Assembly (NCBI GenBank): GCA_045592345.1
Contig: JAZNUN010000083.1
Coordinates: 7,987-71,986, forward strand
DNA from: Acutalibacteraceae bacterium
GTDB lineage: Bacteria; Bacillota; Clostridia; Oscillospirales; Acutalibacteraceae
Length of the DNA: 64,000 nt
Direction: 5' to 3'
This document shows, piece by piece, positions 45,188 to 53,341 of this stretch. How positions within the stretch are numbered: position 1 is the first letter of the stretch; each line of letters opens with the position of its first letter. The notes under the pieces were generated by a model, which ran no database searches, was not told where the DNA came from, and worked only from the letters and a program-made list of their open reading frames with translations. The translations under genes were made by a program, and so were the position numbers.

Positions 45188-46627
45188 ATGGCAGACAATA
45201 AGAAAATGGTAGAAGCCATCACCTCTATGGACGAGGATTTTGCCAAATGGTACACCGACATTGTAAAAAAAGCGGAGCTGATCGAGTACACCAGCGTTAA
45301 GGGTTGTATGGTTATTCGCCCCTATGGCTACGCTATTTGGGAGCACATTCAGAGCATTCTGGACGGTATGTTCAAGGCTACCGGCCACGAGAACGTGAAT
45401 ATGCCTATGTTCATCCCCGAGAGCTTATTGCAGAAGGAGAAGGATCACGTAGAGGGCTTCGCCCCTGAAGTGGCGTGGGTCACCTACGGCGGCAGTGAGC
45501 AGTTGGAGGAGCGCCTGTGTGTGCGCCCCACCTCCGAGACCCTGTTCTGCGAGCACTTTGCTAATATTGTTCACTCCTACCGCGACCTGCCCAAACTGTA
45601 CAATCAGTGGGTCAGCGTGGTGCGCTGGGAGAAGACTACCCGTCCTTTCTTGCGCTCACGCGAGTTTTTGTGGCAGGAGGGTCACACCATCCACGCCACC
45701 GCCGAGGAGGCTATCATCGAGACCGAGCAGATGCTGAACATCTACACCAAGTTCTGTCAGGAGTATTTGGCTATGCCGGTGGTGCAGGGCCGTAAGACCG
45801 ACAGCGATAAGTTTGCCGGTGCCGAGGCCACCTATTGCATCGAGGCGCTGATGCACGACGGTAAGGCGCTGCAGGCGGGTACCAGCCACTATTTCGGCGA
45901 TGGCTTCGCCAAGGCCTTCGATATCCAGTATACCGACAAGAACAATAAACAGCAGTACGTCCACGAGACCTCTTGGGGCGTCACCACCCGTCTCATCGGC
46001 GCCATCATTATGACCCACGGCGACGACAACGGCCTGGTACTGCCCCCCGCCGTGGCCCCCATTCAGGTGGTGGTGCTGCCCATCGCCGCCCATAAGCCCG
46101 GCGTGCTGGAAAAGGCGGCTGAGATCAAGGATAAGATCGCCAAGGTGGCCCGTGTCAAGCTGGACGACAGCGATCAGTCCCCCGGCTGGAAGTTTGCCGA
46201 GTATGAGATGAAGGGTGTGCCCCTGCGTTTGGAGATCGGTCCCCGCGACATCGAGCAGAACCAGTGTGTCATCGTCCGCCGCGATACCCGTGAGAAGATC
46301 GTGGTGTCCTTGGACGAGCTGGAGACGAAGATTCCCGAGCTGCTGACCGCTGTCCGCGACGGCATCTACCATAAGGCTTTGGAGAACCGCGAGAAGAAGA
46401 CCTACGCCTGCAAGACCATGGATGAGATCATCACCGCTCTGGAGCAGAACGGCGACGGCTTTATCAAGGGTATGTGGTGCGGTGACGAGGCTTGCGAGGA
46501 CGAGGTTAAGGAGAAGACCGGCGTGGGCTCCCGTTGCATTCCCCTGGAGCAGGAGCAGATCTCCGACACCTGCATCTGCTGTGGCAAACCTGCCAAGCAC
46601 CTCATCTACTGGGGCAAAGCGTACTAA
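45188..46627 (+). CDS. proS: Proline--tRNA ligase (archaeal/eukaryote-like short form)
   Basis: [52 protein letters not shown]... and the C-terminal Zn-type [21 protein letters not shown] 45188 follows SD AAGTGAGG; the track ORF from 44984 runs through the promoter. Confidence 0.95.
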   Translation: MADNKKMVEAITSMDEDFAKWYTDIVKKAELIEYTSVKGCMVIRPYGYAIWEHIQSILDGMFKATGHENVNMPMFIPESLLQKEKDHVEGFAPEVAWVTYGGSEQLEERLCVRPTSETLFCEHFANIVHSYRDLPKLYNQWVSVVRWEKTTRPFLRSREFLWQEGHTIHATAEEAIIETEQMLNIYTKFCQEYLAMPVVQGRKTDSDKFAGAEATYCIEALMHDGKALQAGTSHYFGDGFAKAFDIQYTDKNNKQQYVHETSWGVTTRLIGAIIMTHGDDNGLVLPPAVAPIQVVVLPIAAHKPGVLEKAAEIKDKIAKVARVKLDDSDQSPGWKFAEYEMKGVPLRLEIGPRDIEQNQCVIVRRDTREKIVVSLDELETKIPELLTAVRDGIYHKALENREKKTYACKTMDEIITALEQNGDGFIKGMWCGDEACEDEVKEKTGVGSRCIPLEQEQISDTCICCGKPAKHLIYWGKAY

Positions 46628-46640
46628 TATAGGGCAAAGG

Positions 46641-46698
46641 CCCCCTTTTGTAAAGGGGGTAGTCACGGCACAGCCGTGACTGAGGGAGTTAACTCCTA
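46641..46698. repeat. Three consecutive palindromes downstream of proS, related to the element at 53130-53296
   Basis: CCCCCTTT-TGT-AAAGGGGG, GTCACGGC-ACA-GCCGTGAC, GGAGTT/AACTCC. It shares the GACTGAGGG motif with 53226-53242 (reverse strand). Confidence 0.65.
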
Positions 46699-46723
46699 AC
46701 TTTAACAAAGCGAGGTAACAACT

Positions 46724-47323
46724 ATGAACCAGTTAGCACTTCCAACCGCCGGTGATCCGGTGGCGATTATGCACACCAATATGGGCGATATTTCTATTCG
46801 TATGTTCCCCGACCACGCCCCCAAGGCTGTGGAGAACTTTACCACCCACGCGAAGAATGGCTACTATAACGGCATCGTGTTCCATCGCGTTATCAAGGGC
46901 TTTATGATCCAGGGCGGTGACCCCACCGCCACCGGTTGCGGCGGCGAGAGCATCTGGGGCCACAACTTTAAGGACGAGTTCACCCCCGAGCTCCACAATC
47001 TCCGCGGTGCCCTGTCTATGGCCAACGCGGGCCCCGGCACCAACGGCAGCCAGTTTTTCATCGTCCAGGCGGACAGCGTCCATCCCTCTCTGCTGGAGCA
47101 GATGAAGGATCCCCGTTTGGCAGAGGCGTATCCCCCCGAGTGTGCCGAGGCCTATGCCAAGGTAGGCGGCACCCCCCATCTGGACTACCGTCACACCGTC
47201 TTCGGTCAGGTGTATGCGGGCATGGACGTGGTGGATGCCATCGCCAACGTGGCCACCAACGGCGCCGACAAGCCCCTGGAGGACGTAACCATCCTGTCCA
47301 TTGATGTCTGCGACTATGAATAA
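46724..47323 (+). CDS. Peptidyl-prolyl cis-trans isomerase, cyclophilin type (cytoplasmic)
   Basis: [52 protein letters not shown]. Confidence 0.95.
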   Translation: MNQLALPTAGDPVAIMHTNMGDISIRMFPDHAPKAVENFTTHAKNGYYNGIVFHRVIKGFMIQGGDPTATGCGGESIWGHNFKDEFTPELHNLRGALSMANAGPGTNGSQFFIVQADSVHPSLLEQMKDPRLAEAYPPECAEAYAKVGGTPHLDYRHTVFGQVYAGMDVVDAIANVATNGADKPLEDVTILSIDVCDYE

Positions 47324-47834
47324 TTGCTTAGAGCGGGCGTATGCTCTGTTAGAGGAACTGACGCCGCTGACAACCGATTGCGGCGCGGTATGTGACGGGC
47401 GTTGCTGTCAGGAATCTGCCGACAGCGAAGGAATGCTGTTGTTCCCCGGTGAGGAGACCCTGCTGGCGGAGGACGGCTATACCATTCGTCCTGCCGACGG
47501 TGGTTATCTGCTGACCTGCGGTGGCAGATGCGACCGCACCCGCCGCCCCTTATCCTGCCGTATCTTCCCGCTGTTCCCTTACCTTACTGAGGAGGGTCGG
47601 ATCAAAGCGGTGTACGACCCCCGTGGGTACCGTATGTGCCCCTTGGTGCGGGAGTGTGCCCACGTACCGCTGGACAGAGACTTCGTCCGTGCCGTGCGTA
47701 TGGCAGGTCGGATATTGATGGAGGACCCTGTCTGCGCCGCGTTTTTGCGGCAGAACAGCCGCGAGATCGACGAATTAAATCGTTTGGTAGGTTTGGACAA
47801 GGAACGTCCGCCTATTGCCAGAAGAAAACCGTAA
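47301..47834 (+). CDS. YkgJ/UPF0153-type cysteine-cluster protein
   Basis: [13 protein letters not shown] plus downstream Cys residues. The start is ambiguous (TTG 47301, ATG 47304 or ATG 47316) and overlaps the upstream stop. Confidence 0.7.
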   Translation: MMSATMNNCLERAYALLEELTPLTTDCGAVCDGRCCQESADSEGMLLFPGEETLLAEDGYTIRPADGGYLLTCGGRCDRTRRPLSCRIFPLFPYLTEEGRIKAVYDPRGYRMCPLVRECAHVPLDRDFVRAVRMAGRILMEDPVCAAFLRQNSREIDELNRLVGLDKERPPIARRKP

Positions 47835-47848
47835 AGGAGTATAAACCT

Positions 47849-48781
47849 ATGAAACTGATTAAGAAACTGGCCCTGCTGATGGCCATCCTGATGACCCTGT
47901 GTCTGTGCGCCGCCTGCGGCGACGACGTGGAACCCACCACCGGCGACGGCGCGAACAACGGTTACAGCGAACCCAAGCCCAACACCGCGGTCACCGACAA
48001 GTATGCCGATAAGGCCTACGGCTTTCAGCAGGAGATGCCTGCGGTGGGCGACACCGTAGCCATTATGCACACCACCATGGGTGATATTTATATCCGTTTC
48101 TTCCCTGAGGCGGCCCCCAAGGCGGTGGAGAACTTCACCACCCACGCCAAGAACGGTTATTACAACGGCCTGACCTTCCACCGCGTGATGGGGGACTTTA
48201 TGATCCAGGGCGGTGACCCCAAGGGTGGCGGCACCGGCGGAGAGAACATCTGGAAAACCGAGGGCTTTGAGGATGAGTTTGACAAGAAGCTGATGAACAT
48301 CCGCGGCTCTCTGGCTATGGCCAACAGCGGCCCCAAGACCAACGGCAGCCAGTTCTTCATCAATCAGGCGAAGCCTGCCGGCACTGCTGAAGAAATGAAA
48401 AAGCAGTTCGACTACGAAACTCAAATAAAGCAGTATGAGGGCTACTATCAGCAGTTCGTTACTATGTATGGTGAGCAATTTACTGCTACTTTCCCCGATG
48501 TAACCTCTTTTATTGACGGTTACGTAGGCGGCATTTCCCCCGACAGCCGTCTGGTGCCCGACGAGGTATGGGATCTGTACGCCAAGGTGGGCGGCAACAT
48601 CCATCTGGACGGTGCCTGGCGCTCTACCGGCGGTCATACTGTCTTCGGCCACGTGTATAAGGGTATGGACGTGGTGGATGCCATCGCCGCCGTGGAGGTG
48701 GTGGACCCCGCTAACTCGAACTATAAACCTAAGACCGACGTGAAGATTACCTCTATTGAGATTACCACTTATCAGGGTTAA
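47849..48781 (+). CDS. Lipoprotein cyclophilin-type peptidyl-prolyl isomerase (extracytoplasmic)
   Basis: ATG 47849 follows SD AAAGGAG. Lipobox in [45 protein letters not shown] and [15 protein letters not shown] flank a long insertion before HLDG...HTVFGHV. Confidence 0.9.
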   Translation: MKLIKKLALLMAILMTLCLCAACGDDVEPTTGDGANNGYSEPKPNTAVTDKYADKAYGFQQEMPAVGDTVAIMHTTMGDIYIRFFPEAAPKAVENFTTHAKNGYYNGLTFHRVMGDFMIQGGDPKGGGTGGENIWKTEGFEDEFDKKLMNIRGSLAMANSGPKTNGSQFFINQAKPAGTAEEMKKQFDYETQIKQYEGYYQQFVTMYGEQFTATFPDVTSFIDGYVGGISPDSRLVPDEVWDLYAKVGGNIHLDGAWRSTGGHTVFGHVYKGMDVVDAIAAVEVVDPANSNYKPKTDVKITSIEITTYQG

Positions 48782-48814
48782 TTCATAACAAAAACACAGA
48801 AAGGAGGAGCGGCG

Positions 48815-49573
48815 ATGACCATCGAGGTACAGGGGCGCACCGTGTCCTATATTGATACCGACCCTCAAAATGAGCGAAATCTCCCCGCGGCGCTGTTCCT
48901 CCACGGTTGGGGCGCCCCTGCCGAGACCTATCGGCTGATGCTGGACCACTTGGCACAGTATTGCCGCGTGGTGGCCCCCGATCTGCCCGGCTTCGGCGGC
49001 TCCGCCGAGCCGAGTGAGCCTTGGTGCGTGGACGATTACGTGGACTGGACGGTGGCTTTTGCCGCTGCGCTGGGTCTCACCGAGGTGATTCTGATGAACC
49101 ACTCCTTCGGCGGTCGTATCAGCATTAAGTTGTTGGCACAGCGTCCCTTGCCCTTTGGGGTGCGTAAGGCGGTGTTTATGGATGCCGCGGGCATCCTGCC
49201 CAAGCGGGGATTATCCTACTACGCCAAGGTGTATAGCTATAAAGCGATGAAAAAGCTGTTTCCCAAACTGGCCGCCAAACGGCAGGGCAAGGCGGGGTCG
49301 GCTGACTACCGCAACGCCTCGCCGCTGATGCGGCAGACTATGGTGCGGTGCATCAACGAGGACCTGACCCATCTGCTCAAAGACAATCCCGTATCCACCC
49401 TGCTGATCTGGGGTTCGGCGGATACCGCCACCCCTTTGTCTGATGGACAGAAGATGGAGCAACTCATTCCCGACGCGGGTCTGGTGGTGCTGGAGGGGGC
49501 GGGGCACTTCGCCTTTGCCCAGCAGTGGGGTCTGTGCAGCCGCGTACTGGATTCCTTTTTGAAAGGGGTGTAA
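48815..49573 (+). CDS. Alpha/beta hydrolase
   Basis: LFLHGWGAPAETY, nucleophile elbow NHSFGG, C-terminal GAGHFAF. Confidence 0.85.
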   Translation: MTIEVQGRTVSYIDTDPQNERNLPAALFLHGWGAPAETYRLMLDHLAQYCRVVAPDLPGFGGSAEPSEPWCVDDYVDWTVAFAAALGLTEVILMNHSFGGRISIKLLAQRPLPFGVRKAVFMDAAGILPKRGLSYYAKVYSYKAMKKLFPKLAAKRQGKAGSADYRNASPLMRQTMVRCINEDLTHLLKDNPVSTLLIWGSADTATPLSDGQKMEQLIPDAGLVVLEGAGHFAFAQQWGLCSRVLDSFLKGV

Positions 49574-49577
49574 TAGG

Positions 49578-51131
49578 ATGGAACTGTGGTTCAAAATTGC
49601 TTTTTTAGCCGCCGCCACGCTGAATTTTGCGGTGCAGGCGGTGTATTTTACCCATATGCTCCAGCTCAATTCCTACCGCCCCGAGCGATACAAGAAATGG
49701 TGCACCGACAACGATAAAAAACTGGTCACCGTCCCCCGTGTGCTTCCTTTTTTGTGTGTGCTCAGCCTGTGGCTGGCGGGTAAGGTGGAGGCGTGGATCC
49801 TCTACGCTGTATGCGCCGCGGTGCTGTCGTTGACCGCCATCTTAAATTGGCCCCGAAAGGCCAAAAAGCCGCTGGTGGTCACCGCCCGTGTGCGGCGGCT
49901 GTTCTTCACTCAAGGGGTGCTGTGCGCCGCCTTGCTGTGCACCGTCCTGCTCCCCGCCTATCGGGGCGTGGCGCTGATCGGGGTAGCCAACATCGTGGTG
50001 TGGCTGTTTACCGGCGTTGCCAATCTCATCAATATCCCCTTTGAAAACGCCATTGCCAAGGGTTTTGTCAAGGACGCCGCCAAGCGGCTGGAGGCAATGC
50101 CCCACCTGACGGTGGTGGGCATCACCGGCAGCTACGGCAAGACCAGTGTGAAGAACTATCTGAACGCACTGCTGTCGGCTAAGTACAACGTACTGATGAC
50201 CCCCGGCAGCTACAATACCACCATGGGTGTGGTACGCACCATCCGTGAGATGTTGCGCCCCTCCCACGAGATATTTATTGCCGAGATGGGCGCCAAACAG
50301 ACGGGAGATATCAAAGAAATCTGTGACTTAGTTCACCCTAAGTACGGTATCATCACGTCCATAGGTGAACAGCATTTAGAGACCTTTGGGTCGATAGACA
50401 ACATTATCTCGACTAAGTTTGAGCTGGCAGACGCCATCCCCGAGGACGGATTTGCCATCCTCAATTACGATAATGAGTACATCCGTTCCCGCACCGTGAC
50501 CGTCCCCACCGTCACCTATGGTGACGCGGACAGCGGCGCCGGCTATCGCTACAGCGATATGGCGGTGGACACCCACGGCTGTCAGTTCACCCTGACCGCC
50601 CCCGATGGGGAGTCCTGCCGCTACACCACCCATCTGTTGGGTGCTCATAACATTCAGAACTTAGCAGGCTGTATGGCACTGGCCCACACGTTGGGCATTT
50701 CTCTGAAAGAGATGGTGTATCCCGTGCGGCTCATTAAGACGGTGGAGCACCGTCTGCAGTTACTGCCCAACGGCTACATCGACGACGCCTACAACTCCAA
50801 CCCCGCAGGCTTCCGCAGTGCGTTGGATACGCTGGCGGCCTTTGATGCCCAGCGGGTGCTGGTCACCCCCGGTATGGTGGAGCTGGGCGACCGTCAGGAC
50901 GCCCTCAACCGCGAACTGGGCGAATATGCCGCCACCCGCTGTGACTGGGCGGTGTTGGTGGGGCTTAAGCAGGCCCCCCCGCTGAAAGAGGGTCTGCTGG
51001 CGGGCGGCTTCCCCGAGGAGCGGATCTTCGTAGCCGCCACCCTGCAGGAGGGACTTCAATTTGTGAATAACCTGCCCCGCGAGGGGGAGCGGATCGTTCT
51101 GCTTGAAAATGATTTGCCCGATAATTTCTAA
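49578..51131 (+). CDS. murF: UDP-N-acetylmuramoyl-tripeptide--D-alanyl-D-alanine ligase (MurF-like) with a hydrophobic N-terminal extension
   Basis: P-loop VGITGSYGKTS, GAHNIQNLAGCMALA, IDDAYNSNP, TPGMVELG. The first ~165 aa carry about 4 hydrophobic helices. Confidence 0.85.
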   Translation: MELWFKIAFLAAATLNFAVQAVYFTHMLQLNSYRPERYKKWCTDNDKKLVTVPRVLPFLCVLSLWLAGKVEAWILYAVCAAVLSLTAILNWPRKAKKPLVVTARVRRLFFTQGVLCAALLCTVLLPAYRGVALIGVANIVVWLFTGVANLINIPFENAIAKGFVKDAAKRLEAMPHLTVVGITGSYGKTSVKNYLNALLSAKYNVLMTPGSYNTTMGVVRTIREMLRPSHEIFIAEMGAKQTGDIKEICDLVHPKYGIITSIGEQHLETFGSIDNIISTKFELADAIPEDGFAILNYDNEYIRSRTVTVPTVTYGDADSGAGYRYSDMAVDTHGCQFTLTAPDGESCRYTTHLLGAHNIQNLAGCMALAHTLGISLKEMVYPVRLIKTVEHRLQLLPNGYIDDAYNSNPAGFRSALDTLAAFDAQRVLVTPGMVELGDRQDALNRELGEYAATRCDWAVLVGLKQAPPLKEGLLAGGFPEERIFVAATLQEGLQFVNNLPREGERIVLLENDLPDNF

Positions 51132-51144
51132 GGAGGCATAGATT

Positions 51145-52338
51145 ATGAAGACAAGAGTTGCGGTAATTTTCGGTGGTCACAGTGTGGAGCACGAGGTGTC
51201 CATCATCTCGGGTCTGCAGGCGCTGAACGCACTGAATACCGATAAATACGAGACTTTCCCTCTGTACATTTCCAAGGATAATTGCCTCTACGTAGGCGAG
51301 AACCTGCGGCAGATCGCCTCCTATCGGGATATGAAGGCCTGTCTGGCACAGGCCACCCGCGTGCTGCCCGTCCCCGGCGAGCAGGGCATCGAGCTGGTGC
51401 GCTATCCTATGAAAAAGTTTGGTAATAACACCTTGGCTACCTTTGACGTGGCCATCCCCGTGGTGCACGGCACCAACGTGGAGGACGGTACCCTGATGGG
51501 TTACTTAGAGATGCTGGGCGTGCCTTACGCCGCCTGTGACGTGACCTCCTCTGCCTTGGGTATGGATAAGTTTGCGATGAAGGGTGTGCTGGCTCAGGCG
51601 GGTATCCCCGTGCTACCCGCACGGCAGTACACCGGCAAGCAGTATGCCGTGGACAGCGACACCGTATTGGCTGAGATCGAGTCTGAGATCGGCTATCCCG
51701 TTATTGTGAAGCCCGTTAACTTAGGCTCTTCCGTGGGTATCTCCAAGGCGAAGAACCACGCCGAGTTGGTGGACGCTATGGACCTGGCGGTATCCTTCTC
51801 CGCCCGTGTGCTGGTGGAGCGGGCTGTGCCCAATCTGCGTGAGATCAACTGCGCGGTGCTGGGCGACTATGAGGACGCCCGTCCCTCTGCCTGTGAGGAG
51901 CCGCTGAACGCGGAGGATATCCTCACCTTTGGCGATAAGTATCTGTCCGGCGGCGGCGGTAAAAACGGCGGCTCCAAGGGTATGACCGACCTCAAGCGCC
52001 GCTGTCCCGCGGAGCTGCCCGAGGGTATGACCGAGCAGGTGCAGGAGTTGGCTGTCGCCACCTTTAAGGCGCTGGGTTGTTTGGGCGTGGCCCGCATCGA
52101 CTTCCTCAACGATAAGGAGACCGGCGAACTGTGGGTCAACGAGATCAACACCATCCCCGGGTCCCTGTCCTTCTACCTGTGGCAGGAGGTGGGTCTGTCC
52201 TTCGGCGGCCTGATGGATGAGCTGGTGCGCCTGGCCTTTAAGCGCCAGCGTGAGCGGGAGGCCCTGACCTTCACCTACGAGAGCAATATCCTCTCCGGCA
52301 CCACCTTCGGTGCTAAGGGTAGCAAAGGCAAGGCGTAA
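51145..52338 (+). CDS. ddl: D-alanine--D-alanine ligase
   Basis: VAVIFGGHSVEHEVSIISG, YPVIVKPVNLGSSVGISKA, ARIDFLNDKETGELWVNEINTIPG. Confidence 0.95.
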   Translation: MKTRVAVIFGGHSVEHEVSIISGLQALNALNTDKYETFPLYISKDNCLYVGENLRQIASYRDMKACLAQATRVLPVPGEQGIELVRYPMKKFGNNTLATFDVAIPVVHGTNVEDGTLMGYLEMLGVPYAACDVTSSALGMDKFAMKGVLAQAGIPVLPARQYTGKQYAVDSDTVLAEIESEIGYPVIVKPVNLGSSVGISKAKNHAELVDAMDLAVSFSARVLVERAVPNLREINCAVLGDYEDARPSACEEPLNAEDILTFGDKYLSGGGGKNGGSKGMTDLKRRCPAELPEGMTEQVQELAVATFKALGCLGVARIDFLNDKETGELWVNEINTIPGSLSFYLWQEVGLSFGGLMDELVRLAFKRQREREALTFTYESNILSGTTFGAKGSKGKA

Positions 52339-52357
52339 ATAAGAATGAAAAAAGGAG

Positions 52358-52373
52358 CAACCCGTATGGGTTG
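52358..52373 (+). repeat. Left copy of the 16-bp direct repeat CAACCCGTATGGGTTG flanking the low-GC cassette
   Basis: Identical 16-mer at 53105-53120. Confidence 0.9.
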
Positions 52374-52389
52374 TACTTTTAATGACAGT

Positions 52390-52425
52390 AAAAATGCTGT
52401 GTAGAAACTTTCTACACAGCATTTT
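52390..52425. terminator. Near-perfect palindromic bidirectional terminator inside the cassette
   Basis: AAAATGCTGTGTAGAAA-C-TTTCTACACAGCATTTT. Confidence 0.8.
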
Positions 52426-52546
52426 AATTTTGTCTAATACCGTAAACAAGCAGGACAACTGGGTGCCCAAATACCCCTTGTTAGGAGCACCCAAAATCCG
52501 TTTTTGCCAGATCAATTATTCGACAGAATAGATTTTTGCTTGATTA

Positions 52547-52960
52547 TCAATGACCGAACATCCATATTTTCAACTGTTTTTCTACGGGAAAATACATTAT
52601 GAAAGTGTTTTCTTTGCCAGTTATGTAAGTGTATTCTTGTTCGAAATCAGGATGATACTCTTCAGGTATATTGTAAGTTTCAAAATAATCCAGCATACCT
52701 TCAATATCAGCTTCTGTAATAGGTGAAGATGCTTTAACATCGGAAAAGCACGGAGGTTCTGCGTCAAGTGAATATACAGAATATTGACCTGCACAACCTA
52801 CAAAAGTGTCATCCTGAAAATGATATAATTCTTTCATATCATTCGGCAAATCATATCCAGTAATTCTTTCAACACGTTCAATGCTTGTTATGGTTTTATT
52901 GCAACCTAATAAAGATAAAATCGCAAGAATTATCATTGTAAGCATGAACAACTTTTTCAT
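52547..52960 (-). CDS. Small lipoprotein of unknown function (cassette cargo)
   Basis: 137 aa. Lipobox in MKKLFMLTMIILAILSLLGCNK. A/T-ending codons contrast with neighbouring genes. It has its own promoter (TTTACT-17-TGcTATAAT on the minus strand, about 52990-53020) and SD GAAGGGGTGA. Confidence 0.8.
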   Translation of the reverse strand: MKKLFMLTMIILAILSLLGCNKTITSIERVERITGYDLPNDMKELYHFQDDTFVGCAGQYSVYSLDAEPPCFSDVKASSPITEADIEGMLDYFETYNIPEEYHPDFEQEYTYITGKENTFIMYFPVEKQLKIWMFGH

Positions 52961-53031
52961 TGACCGTCACCCCTTCAAAACGAAATTTACCGATTAGTGT
53001 TATTATAGCATAATTTAGGTCAATAGTAAAG

Positions 53032-53071
53032 GTATATAAAAAATACCCGTGATGTTTCGGCATCACGGGTA
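53032..53071 (-). terminator. Minus-strand terminator at the right end of the cassette, upstream of the lipoprotein gene
   Basis: Stem TACCCGTGATG/CATCACGGGTA is followed on the minus strand by TTTTTTATATACC. Confidence 0.65.
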
Positions 53072-53104
53072 CAATGAGTTTATAGAAAACTGTCCTTTAG
53101 AGTA

Positions 53105-53120
53105 CAACCCGTATGGGTTG
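53105..53120 (+). repeat. Right copy of the 16-bp direct repeat CAACCCGTATGGGTTG
   Basis: Identical to 52358-52373. It is followed by CTCCTTTTT, which completes the ancestral terminator. Confidence 0.9.
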
Positions 53121-53129
53121 CTCCTTTTT

Positions 53130-53296
53130 GTTACGCACAGTCTGGTCTTGCCTCCCCTTGTCAGGGGAGGTGGCTTTTGCCGTAGGCAAAAGTCGGAGGG
53201 GTAGTTTGGCTTTGTACAGATTTTGACTACCCCTCAGTCCTCGCGTTGCTCGGACAGCTCCCCTGACAAGGGGAGCCGAGGGGGATTGTGCGTAAC
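53130..53296. repeat. Composite palindromic element (~167 bp): two inverted ~75-bp units, each with internal hairpins
   Basis: Outer arms GTTACGCACA (53130-39)/TGTGCGTAAC (53287-96). TCCCCTTGTCAGGGGA (53153-68) pairs with TCCCCTGACAAGGGGA (53259-74). GAGGGGTAGT (53196-205) pairs with ACTACCCCTC (53226-35). The sequence between these blocks differs in the two halves. Confidence 0.8.
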
Positions 53297-53299
53297 ATA

Positions 53300-53338
53300 A
53301 GAAACAGACCTCTGCTTGTTGCAGAGGTCTGTTTTTGC
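53300..53338. terminator. Terminator of the ABC exporter operon (palindromic, usable from both strands)
   Basis: AAACAGACCTCTGC-TTGTT-GCAGAGGTCTGTTTTTG. Confidence 0.85.
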
Positions 53339-53341
53339 ATC

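Larger units (their letters stand above)
52374..53104. mobile_element. Low-GC cassette (~0.73 kb) apparently inserted into the ddl terminator hairpin; non-autonomous (no recombinase)
   Basis: The region is sharply AT-rich compared with both flanks. The ends TACTTTTAATGACAGT (52374-89) and ACTGTCCTTTAGAGTA (53089-104) match as inverted repeats at 13 of 16 positions. It is flanked by 16-bp direct repeats. Removing the cassette and one repeat restores a perfect hairpin, GGAGCAACCC-GTAT-GGGTTGCTCC, followed by TTTTT. Confidence 0.5.

Noticed and set aside
45656-46708. 350-aa minus-strand ORF opposite proS, and 60462-61376 opposite the Mrp gene
   Set aside because: Antisense artefacts, for the same reasons.
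46724-48781. Two cyclophilin genes flanking a Cys-cluster protein, considered as a possible functional module
   Set aside because: The products are one cytoplasmic and one lipoprotein PPIase, a common housekeeping pair. I see nothing beyond adjacency to suggest a dedicated system.
47579-49102. 507-aa minus-strand ORF spanning three plus-strand genes
   Set aside because: It crosses gene boundaries of clear cyclophilin and hydrolase genes and has a typical antisense composition.
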